Below, one piece after another: positions 27,662 to 34,669 of a stretch of DNA of 34,669 bases. Below the pieces are notes generated by a model. The model saw only the letters and a program-made list of their open reading frames with translations, searched no databases and was not told the DNA's origin. Position 1 is the first letter of the stretch. Every line of letters starts with the position of its first letter. Origin of the DNA: an uncultured Deinococcales bacterium (lineage in GTDB: Bacteria; Deinococcota; Deinococci; Deinococcales; JAAFIG01); NCBI GenBank assembly GCA_964247135.1, contig CAXTTL010000019.1, positions 1 through 34,669 of the forward strand, read 5' to 3'. A program made the position numbers and the translations under genes.

Positions 27662-28597
27662 ATGGCTTCTCGAGCACAACAATCCGCACCAACCGCCAAA
27701 GTCTCGATCAGCAAATCGAGGCGTGAAACGCTGAACTTTTTTCTGTTTACGGGTTTGGCGGTCTTTGGATTTTTGTTGTTTTACCTGTACCCAATCGCCC
27801 GAACGGTGTATTTGAGTTTTACAAATCTAAAAGTCACCAGCCCCATTTTTGAAGGGGTCGGTTTTGAAAATTACCAGCACGTTTTGTTTGACGACGACAT
27901 TTTTCGTCTCGCCATGAGCAACACCTTCAAGTACGCCGTGGTGGTTGGTGTCATGAAGATTGTTCTGGCGCTCGGCACGGCAATGCTGCTGAACACCGGT
28001 CTTAAATTCATGGGGTTTTTTCGCTCAATCTTCTTCTTGCCCTTCATCATTCCCGCCTTCGCTGTGGCGTATGTCTTTCGGTTTTTCTTTCATCCCGCCA
28101 ACGGTCTGGTGAACGGCTTGCTGGCACAAATCGGGATTCAAGGTCCCGGCTGGTACGCCGACTCGAGCACCGCATTGCAAACCCTGATGATCGCCAGTTT
28201 GTGGAGTTTTGGCGTGCCGATGCTGATTTTTTTGGCGGCACTGCAAGACGTGCCCAAGGAACTGTACGAGGTCGCCGAACTCGAGGGGGCAACGCCGTGG
28301 GCGAAGTTCAGGCACATCACCTTCCCGACCATCTCGCCCGTGTTTTTGTTCAATGCCACATTGATCACGATTGATGCCTTAAAGAGTTTTGACCTGGCAT
28401 TTTTGATGGGTCAAGGCTCTGGTTATCCAGCAAATTCCACTTTGCTCTATTCGGTTTATCTGTTCTCGCAGGCGTTCACCTCGCCGTACCGATTGGGGTA
28501 CGCCTCGGCAATCGCACTGATCTTCTTTGCGCTGTTGATGCTGCTCACGGGCATCAATTTCTTGCTCGGCAAACTGTATGTCAGGACGGAAAATTAA
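27662..28597 (+). CDS. Carbohydrate ABC transporter permease (MalF-like)
   Basis: Six TM segments; EAA-loop-like LQDVPKELYEVAELEGATPWAKFRHITFP; LGYASAIA. Confidence 0.94.
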   Translation: MASRAQQSAPTAKVSISKSRRETLNFFLFTGLAVFGFLLFYLYPIARTVYLSFTNLKVTSPIFEGVGFENYQHVLFDDDIFRLAMSNTFKYAVVVGVMKIVLALGTAMLLNTGLKFMGFFRSIFFLPFIIPAFAVAYVFRFFFHPANGLVNGLLAQIGIQGPGWYADSSTALQTLMIASLWSFGVPMLIFLAALQDVPKELYEVAELEGATPWAKFRHITFPTISPVFLFNATLITIDALKSFDLAFLMGQGSGYPANSTLLYSVYLFSQAFTSPYRLGYASAIALIFFALLMLLTGINFLLGKLYVRTEN

Positions 28598-28598
28598 G

Positions 28599-29459
28599 AT
28601 GCGTACCCGCTCGAGCGCCGTCAATGCCGCACTGTATGTGATGCTGATCTTCAGCTCCCTGCTGCTGATGCTGCCCTTAATCACGCTGTTTTTGACCTCG
28701 TTCAAGAGTCTCGAGGAATCCGTGGGACCCTTCAAATGGATTCCTGCGCAGTTCAATTTCAAAAATTACGAAGAAGTTTTTAAACTGCGCGATTTTAATT
28801 ATTTCAATTACCTGGGCAATACCCTGCTGATTTTTGCACTCAAGACGACTGGAACCTTGCTGTCTTGCACCTTGGCGGCGTATGGTTTTGTGCGTTTTAA
28901 CGTTCGCTTCAAAGGCATTATCTTTGCCTTCATGCTGACCGTCATCATGCTGCCTGGCGAGTTGCTCACCATTCCGATGTACGAGGTTTACCTCAAATTT
29001 GGTTGGTACGACACCTATTATCCATTGTTTGTGGCGACCTATTTTGGCACGGATGTCTTTATGATTTTTTTCTTCAGGCAGTTTTTTCTCGGCATTCCCA
29101 AAGAACTTTTCGAGGCGGCACAGATCGACGGCGCCAGCGAATTTCAGATGTACGGCAAAATCATGCTGCCACTCAGCCGCCCCGCCATCGTGACCTGCAT
29201 CTTGCTGTACTTCACTGGCACCTACAACGAACTGTATGCGCCACTTCTGTACATCTCGAGTCAGCAAAAATACATGATGTCCCAGGGTTTACGCGCCATC
29301 GAGGGTTTGTTCAACACCACAGGCTCGAGGGATTATGTGGTGCCCTGGAATCTGGTTTCGGCGGCGACGGTCTTGTCGCTCATTCCGGTTTTGATTTTGT
29401 TTTTTATTGCGCAAAAGCAATTCATGGAAAGCGTGTCGCGCAGCGGCATCAAAGGATAA
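28599..29459 (+). CDS. Carbohydrate ABC transporter permease (MalG-like)
   Basis: RQFFLGIPKELFEAAQIDGASEFQMYGKIMLPLSRP; AQKQFMES...GIKG end. Confidence 0.94.
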   Translation: MRTRSSAVNAALYVMLIFSSLLLMLPLITLFLTSFKSLEESVGPFKWIPAQFNFKNYEEVFKLRDFNYFNYLGNTLLIFALKTTGTLLSCTLAAYGFVRFNVRFKGIIFAFMLTVIMLPGELLTIPMYEVYLKFGWYDTYYPLFVATYFGTDVFMIFFFRQFFLGIPKELFEAAQIDGASEFQMYGKIMLPLSRPAIVTCILLYFTGTYNELYAPLLYISSQQKYMMSQGLRAIEGLFNTTGSRDYVVPWNLVSAATVLSLIPVLILFFIAQKQFMESVSRSGIKG

Positions 29460-29462
29460 ATC

Positions 29463-31157
29463 ATGACTCGAGTTTGGTTGATGACATTGATTGGGTTTTC
29501 AGGAACGCTGCTTTCAAGCTCGAGTTCGCAAACCACCAACACTGCATCCACAAGTGCTGCGCAAATCAAGCTCGAGGTGATCGAAAAAATGCCGCGAATG
29601 CCTGAACCGTTCATCATGCGCGATTGGAAGACCGTGGCAAAGGATCAGGACGCGGTGTTATTCGATTTTAACGCTAAAGGTGAGAATTTACCCGCCATCT
29701 GGTGGGACAAAACGCGTCACAATTACGATCAAGACATTTTCGCGCTGCCCGCGTACTTGGGCGACTCGAGGCAAAATGCCCGCAATCCCGAAAACCACGA
29801 GGCGATCACCAACATCGGCGCGGTCTTGGGGGCAAGTCTGGTCGGGATCGATAAGAGCCATCAGGATGGGCAAAATTACGTCAAGCAACTGCTCAACTAT
29901 CACAACCGCGACAATGGGCTGAACGTTGTCATGAACCGCACCCGTGCAGAGAACAGCTCCTTTTGGTACGACCTGTTTCCGAACATTGCTTTTGCCGCCG
30001 TCTCGAGTTTGTACCCCAAAGAATCGACGCTCGAGACCATCATGAAAACCTCGGCGGACCGTTGGGGCGAGGCGATTCGGGTGATGGCTGCGGCAAATAA
30101 AATCCCAAATTTCGAGATCACCTATTTTGACCTCAAAACCATGCAGCCTATGGACAACCGTCAATGGTTTGAACCCGACGGCGCGGCGGGTTTGGTCTGG
30201 CTCGAGTACGCCGCCTACAAGCGCTTTGGCGACCCCAAATACCTCGAGAATGCCCAGATTTGTATGCGTTACCTCGAGTCATTGCCGCGCAGCAAAAGCC
30301 CGTTTTATGAACTGCTGCTCTCGTATGGCACGCTCAGCGTTGCCCGCATGAACGCCGAACTTGGAGCACATTACGACCTCGAGAAGATGATGTACTGGAT
30401 TTTTGACGGTGATTCTTTCGCCAGGGGAGACTGGGCGGTGCTCGGGGCGCGTTGGGGCGATCAGGATGTTTACGGCTTGCACGGCAGTTTCTCGGATTTT
30501 GGCGGTTACGCCTTTGCCTTTAACAGTTTCAATCTGGCGGGTTCGCTCGCACCGATCCCACGTTACGAGCCGCGCTATGCCGCCGCCATCGGACGCTGGC
30601 TTTTGAACCTCGCCAACAGCGCAAGGTTGTTCTATCCAAAATACCTGAACGACGACAACCAGATTCAACCCGAATACAAAGGCGCTTACCGCGACGCGCT
30701 GGCTTACGAGGGTTTGCGCAAAAAATGGGGCATCGCCGCGCCTTACGGGGTTGGCGACGCACGGCGTTTCGGCTGGGCGGCAACCGATTTTGGTTTGTAC
30801 GGCTCGGTTTATTCGGGTTTGCTGGGCGCGATCATCAACACCACCAACGACCCGTACATTCTCGAGATCGATCTTTTGAAAACCGATTACTTTCACGATG
30901 CGGCGTACCCAACTTTTTTGTATTACAACCCGCATACCGAATCTCGAGTCGTCAAACTCGAGCTGGGGAAAGCGCCAGTCAACCTTTACGACAGCGTGAC
31001 CCATACGGTTCTTGCCCAAAATGTCAGCGGTACATTCAGTCTCAAGCTTCCAGCCGACAGCGCCCGCGTGATTGCCAGAACACCTGTTCAAAAGCTCGAG
31101 CTTAAAGATGGTAAAACTTGGGTTGGAAACGTGGTTGTGGATTATCACGGACAGTAA
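29463..31157 (+). CDS. Uncharacterised secreted protein, putative glycoside hydrolase
   Basis: Hydrophobic N-terminus with a Ser/Thr linker; Trp/Tyr-rich helical core (FWYDLFPN, WFEPDGAAG, YELLLSYG, GGYAFAFN, LAYEG); last gene of the sugar operon, 3 bp after the permease. Function is inferred from context. Confidence 0.55.
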   Translation: MTRVWLMTLIGFSGTLLSSSSSQTTNTASTSAAQIKLEVIEKMPRMPEPFIMRDWKTVAKDQDAVLFDFNAKGENLPAIWWDKTRHNYDQDIFALPAYLGDSRQNARNPENHEAITNIGAVLGASLVGIDKSHQDGQNYVKQLLNYHNRDNGLNVVMNRTRAENSSFWYDLFPNIAFAAVSSLYPKESTLETIMKTSADRWGEAIRVMAAANKIPNFEITYFDLKTMQPMDNRQWFEPDGAAGLVWLEYAAYKRFGDPKYLENAQICMRYLESLPRSKSPFYELLLSYGTLSVARMNAELGAHYDLEKMMYWIFDGDSFARGDWAVLGARWGDQDVYGLHGSFSDFGGYAFAFNSFNLAGSLAPIPRYEPRYAAAIGRWLLNLANSARLFYPKYLNDDNQIQPEYKGAYRDALAYEGLRKKWGIAAPYGVGDARRFGWAATDFGLYGSVYSGLLGAIINTTNDPYILEIDLLKTDYFHDAAYPTFLYYNPHTESRVVKLELGKAPVNLYDSVTHTVLAQNVSGTFSLKLPADSARVIARTPVQKLELKDGKTWVGNVVVDYHGQ

Positions 31158-31225
31158 ATTTAGACTTCAATGCTTGCCTCATAGATGCTCGAGTCAGATC
31201 ACGAGTGTCACTGCATGGTTGAAGA

Positions 31226-32203
31226 TCATTGCTGTTGCACCACAATCTTGCGTGGACCATTGCCAACCGGAATTGTCGCCGTGACCTTTTTGGTCTTGAG
31301 GTTAACCACCGAAACCGTATTGGCGGCTTCGTTGGTGACAAACGCAGTTTGGCTATCACCCGAAACGGCAACCCAATGCGGGGTCTTGCCAACACCGATG
31401 CTCGAGGTGATCTTGTTGGTCAGCGGATCGACCAGGTTCAGTGCGTTTGTGCCTTGCACCACGACCAAACCGTCTTCGTTGTTTGGGGTGAAAATCAACA
31501 GGTGCGGAGATTCACCCGTCGCAATTTGCCCTGAAACCTTGCTCAAAGCAACATCAAAGATTCCGACGGCATTCGCCCCAGCTTGTGTGAAATAAACGCG
31601 TTGCCCGTCTTGGCTGAAGGTCACATCTCGAGGGGCTTTCTCGAGCGGGGTGGTTGTGGTAATGCTGTTTTGGGTTAGGTCAAGCGTGATTAAGCCAAAA
31701 TGCCCAGGGTCTTGGCTTGCGACCACGGCGGTGTTGCCGTCGGGATTGATGGCAATCGTATGCGGTTTGTGGACGGCAATGCTGCCGATCACGGCGTTTG
31801 TTTTGGTGTCCACCACGGCGACCTTATCCGCACCGTTGACCGCCACCAGCAAGCGCGTTCCATCTCGAGTCAGTGCCAAACCGTGTGGAGCAGAACCAAC
31901 CTCAATGTTTTGGCTGATCTTGTCGCTGGCGGTGTCAATCACGCTGACCACGCTCGAACCTTCGTTTGAGACGTAAACAAATTTGCCATCCGGTGAGATT
32001 TCCATGCCGTGAGGTCCTTTGGGAATGGGAATGCTGCTGATCATTTTGTTGCTGCCCGTGTCAATCACACCAACCGCGTTGTCTTTGAACAATCCAACAT
32101 AAGCTTTTGGCGCAGCACCAGCCGCGCTCGAGTGATTCAATTGCCCCATTGCGATCAGTGAGGTTGTCAACAACGTTCCAAATACCAGAAATGTCTTTTT
32201 CAT
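31226..32203 (-). CDS. Secreted YVTN/YncE-family beta-propeller protein
   Basis: Signal peptide; repeats PHGMEISPDGKFVYVSNEG, VGSAPHGLALTRDG, AFVTNEAANTVSVVNL...IPVGNGP. Confidence 0.88.
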   Translation of the reverse strand: MKKTFLVFGTLLTTSLIAMGQLNHSSAAGAAPKAYVGLFKDNAVGVIDTGSNKMISSIPIPKGPHGMEISPDGKFVYVSNEGSSVVSVIDTASDKISQNIEVGSAPHGLALTRDGTRLLVAVNGADKVAVVDTKTNAVIGSIAVHKPHTIAINPDGNTAVVASQDPGHFGLITLDLTQNSITTTTPLEKAPRDVTFSQDGQRVYFTQAGANAVGIFDVALSKVSGQIATGESPHLLIFTPNNEDGLVVVQGTNALNLVDPLTNKITSSIGVGKTPHWVAVSGDSQTAFVTNEAANTVSVVNLKTKKVTATIPVGNGPRKIVVQQQ

Positions 32204-32233
32204 TTTAAGTTCTCCTTGTGGTGTCGCTCGGGA

Positions 32234-32719
32234 TTACTTGTCTTCCAGCAATGCGCTGGCAATAACCGCGCCGTTTTTGACCTCGAGTTTGACGGCTTGA
32301 AGTGGTCGTTCGGCTGGACCTTGAATCACGCTGCCATCGAAGGCGTAAACGCTGCCATGACAAGGGCAGGTCATCTGATGCGTCTCGTCGGGCAGTGCGG
32401 GTGTGCAACCCAGGTGTGTGCAAATACGGGTAAACGCTGTGAGGTAGACGATTTGCGTTTTGCCAGCTTTGTCTTTGGGGCTTGTCCTGAGAACGCGTTT
32501 GGATTTTGTGCCCGTTGGCTTTGGTAAACGCACCAGCAAACATGGCTTGTCTGCAAAGCTAAATTCTTTTGTGCTGAACTCTTGATCCAGCATCTCGAGG
32601 TCGGTGATCTTAACAGGATTTGCCTGTGCCGCCCTGGAAACGCCCTGATTCAACACCAGCCCAACACCGCCAACGGCAAGTGCCTTGACCAAACTTCTGC
32701 GGTCTGTCATTGGATTCAT
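32234..32719 (-). CDS. Tat-exported Rieske [2Fe-2S] protein
   Basis: DRRSLVK twin-arginine signal; CTHLGC and CPCHGSVY boxes; GPAERPL. ATG 32719 follows SD AAGGAG. Confidence 0.92.
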   Translation of the reverse strand: MNPMTDRRSLVKALAVGGVGLVLNQGVSRAAQANPVKITDLEMLDQEFSTKEFSFADKPCLLVRLPKPTGTKSKRVLRTSPKDKAGKTQIVYLTAFTRICTHLGCTPALPDETHQMTCPCHGSVYAFDGSVIQGPAERPLQAVKLEVKNGAVIASALLEDK

Positions 32720-32869
32720 TGAGACTCCTTTCTGCACGCCCGATCTTGGTGTACTCGGTCAGGCTAGTCTCGAGCCACGATCAGCAACACCCGCAAAGGT
32801 GGGTGCTTGACCCCTTACTTTCGTGGGGTAGCAATCAAGCACAAAAAGCCGATAATGGTTTAACTCGAG

Positions 32870-34225
32870 GTGCAAGTGAAAACCTGGCAATCAACCTGGA
32901 ATCGATTGAGCCTGGCTTGGAAGTTCAGCCTGGCAAGCTTGCTGGTGCTGGTGCTGACCGCGCTGGTCGTGGGTTGGTGGGTCGCGCGTGAAATCCGCGA
33001 GGGCGTCGTTCATCGCCTGGCTGCCGATGCCGCCTTGACCGTCTCGAGTGTGCTTCAACCGCAACTCCAGGGTTTCTCGAGCGATAAAGCCCTATCAACA
33101 GAACGTATTGCGGCGCTTGAGGCGGTGTTGCGTCAAATGCCACTTGGAGATCAAATCGTGTCATTGAAACTCTGGGGGACGGGGCAGCACGTGATTTACA
33201 GCACCGAGCCTTTCGATCCAACTCGAGCCTTGCCCAAAGAGAGCGAACTTGACCAAGCTTGGACTGGAGCACTTTACGCACGCTATGGACGCTCGAGCCA
33301 TCATCTTGGCAATGCCTCAGAATTTGTGGTGTACACGCCATTGCGTGTTCCAGGTTCGGAACAAATTGTGGCAATTGCCGAGTTTTCACTCAAGACCAAC
33401 GATCTCGAGCAAGCCTTGTTTTCGGCACAATTGCGCAGTTGGTTGATCGTTGGCATCGCCATGCTTGGCGCGTATTTGTTGTTGGTTGGTTTGGTCAAAC
33501 GCGGCAGTGACACAATTAACCGCCAAGGTCATGCTTTGCTCAGCGAAGCTCTCAAAAACGAGGTCTTGCGCGAACGGATTCAACGCGCCGCCAGCCGCAC
33601 GGTTGCGCTCAATGAGCGCTTCTTGCACCGCATCAGTGCCGAATTGCACGACGGTCCAACCCAGGAACTCACCTTCGCGCTGCTCAAGCTCGACAGCCTG
33701 GCACACCACCCCAACGAAGCCGCCGATTTTGTGGTGCTCGAGGCAGCGCTGGACAAAGCCATGCGTGAAACTCGAGCCATTGCCACGGGCTTGCGCTTGC
33801 CCGACCTCGAGCCGCTGAGCTTGCAAGAGGTGCTTGACCGTGCCGTGCGTGACCACAAACGCCGCACCGAAAGCGAGGTCAGCGTTTGTGTTGAACCTTT
33901 GCTCGAGCCTGTGCCACTAACCGTGAAAATCACAGCGTTTCGGGTGATTCAAGAATCGCTGACCAATGCCTTCAGACACGGTGGCGGCATCAACCAACGT
34001 GTAAGCCTCAAATCCAGTGACAGTTGGCTGGTGCTCGAGGTTGCCGATGACGGATCAGGTTTTGCCTGCCCAGACCAAGCCATCTCGAGCGAACATTTGG
34101 GTTTGGCTGGAATGCGCGAACGCATCGAAAGCATCGGCGGTGGCTTCGAGGTCATCAGCACACCAGGGCAAGGCACGCGCATCCTCGCCCACCTGCCCTT
34201 GCGACTCGAGTACAGCGATGACTGA
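32870..34225 (+). CDS. Membrane sensor histidine kinase (NarX/HisKA_3 type)
   Basis: Two TM helices; H-box ISAELHDGPTQ; FRVIQESLTNAFRHG; DDGSGF; HLGLAGMRER; PGQGT. Confidence 0.93.
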   Translation: MQVKTWQSTWNRLSLAWKFSLASLLVLVLTALVVGWWVAREIREGVVHRLAADAALTVSSVLQPQLQGFSSDKALSTERIAALEAVLRQMPLGDQIVSLKLWGTGQHVIYSTEPFDPTRALPKESELDQAWTGALYARYGRSSHHLGNASEFVVYTPLRVPGSEQIVAIAEFSLKTNDLEQALFSAQLRSWLIVGIAMLGAYLLLVGLVKRGSDTINRQGHALLSEALKNEVLRERIQRAASRTVALNERFLHRISAELHDGPTQELTFALLKLDSLAHHPNEAADFVVLEAALDKAMRETRAIATGLRLPDLEPLSLQEVLDRAVRDHKRRTESEVSVCVEPLLEPVPLTVKITAFRVIQESLTNAFRHGGGINQRVSLKSSDSWLVLEVADDGSGFACPDQAISSEHLGLAGMRERIESIGGGFEVISTPGQGTRILAHLPLRLEYSDD

Positions 34226-34669
34226 ACTCATTCGCGTGATCGTGGTGGACGACCACCCCCTGGTGCGCGATGGTGTGGTGGCGGCACTCGAGCCAGAAAA
34301 CGATATTGCCGTTGTCGGTCAGGGCGCAACAGCCGCCGATGCCGTGCAACTTGCCCAGGATTTGCTGCCCAACCTGATCTTGCTCGACATCGCCATGCCA
34401 GGCGGTGGACTGAGTGCCGTGCGTGCCATCGCTGAAACTTGCCCAGTCTCGAGGATGGTGATGCTGACCTCTTCGGAGGAGGAGGCACACGTGCTTGCCG
34501 CATTGCGGGCGGGCGCTCGAGGCTACGTGGTCAAGGGCGTGACTGGGCGTGAATTGCGTGGCATCGTGCGAGCTGTCCATCGCGGCGAGGTCTGTGTCTC
34601 GCCCAGTTTGGCGGCGGATGTGCTCTCGGAAATGGCTTCGGCATCCAGCAATCCAAGCGCCAGTCTGCT
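34218..34669 (+). CDS. NarL/LuxR-family response regulator (truncated by the window end)
   Basis: Not in the ORF track. MTELIRVIVVDDHPLVRDG...LILLDIAMPGGG...MLT...ALRAGARGYVVKG; the start overlaps the kinase 3' end (ATGACTGA). Confidence 0.93.
   Translation, partial: MTELIRVIVVDDHPLVRDGVVAALEPENDIAVVGQGATAADAVQLAQDLLPNLILLDIAMPGGGLSAVRAIAETCPVSRMVMLTSSEEEAHVLAALRAGARGYVVKGVTGRELRGIVRAVHRGEVCVSPSLAADVLSEMASASSNPSASL

Noticed and set aside
32234-32719. Rieske protein as arsenite oxidase small subunit or cytochrome bc operon
   Set aside because: No molybdopterin large subunit or cytochrome b/c gene is adjacent.
1-34669. CTCGAG repeats as a CRISPR array, cloning artefact or SARP binding sites (Streptomyces SARPs bind TCGAG repeats)
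   Set aside because: Spacing is irregular and only 6 bp are conserved. Sites sit inside intact reading frames without disrupting them, so they are not ligation junctions. They are not arranged as 11-bp-spaced pairs at promoters.

Overview
Bacterial chromosomal window of roughly mid-50s% GC (by eye), most likely from a Deinococcota (Deinococcales-like) genome. The assignment rests on a Deinococcus-type UvrB, an RDRM-like palindrome upstream of uvrB, leaderless-type promoters and several BTAD/SARP regulators. Contents in order: a truncated BTAD-AAA regulator that the ORF track missed, divergent from an alpha/beta hydrolase; uvrB divergent from a DarA/PstA c-di-AMP receptor; a TetR/DUF1772 pair; two paralogous ~900-aa MalT-like STAND/BTAD regulators, each divergent from a surface lipoprotein (a 1,835-aa VWD + Ig-like + beta-helix-repeat protein and a Big_2/FnIII protein); an AT-rich HEAT-repeat gene; a degenerate AroE-like protein; yceD; a ROK regulator; a scar region with a histidine-kinase remnant and a 147-bp MITE; a LacI-GH130-ABC sugar operon ending in an uncharacterised secreted putative glycosidase; and a Rieske + YVTN pair divergent from a NarX/NarL-type two-component system. 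Three signals stand out. (i) The palindrome CTCGAG is hyper-iterated (39 copies in the first 5.4 kb by hand count), reminiscent of cyanobacterial HIP1. (ii) The 'STAND regulator <- -> surface lipoprotein' cassette is repeated, and the three BTAD-facing promoters share identical geometry (direct repeats 11 bp apart, then a -10-like hexamer 16 bp after the start of the second repeat). (iii) There is a probable beta-1,2-mannoside utilisation locus with a candidate new enzyme. No rRNA, tRNA or CRISPR was seen. All family calls come from motif recognition only; no searches were run.
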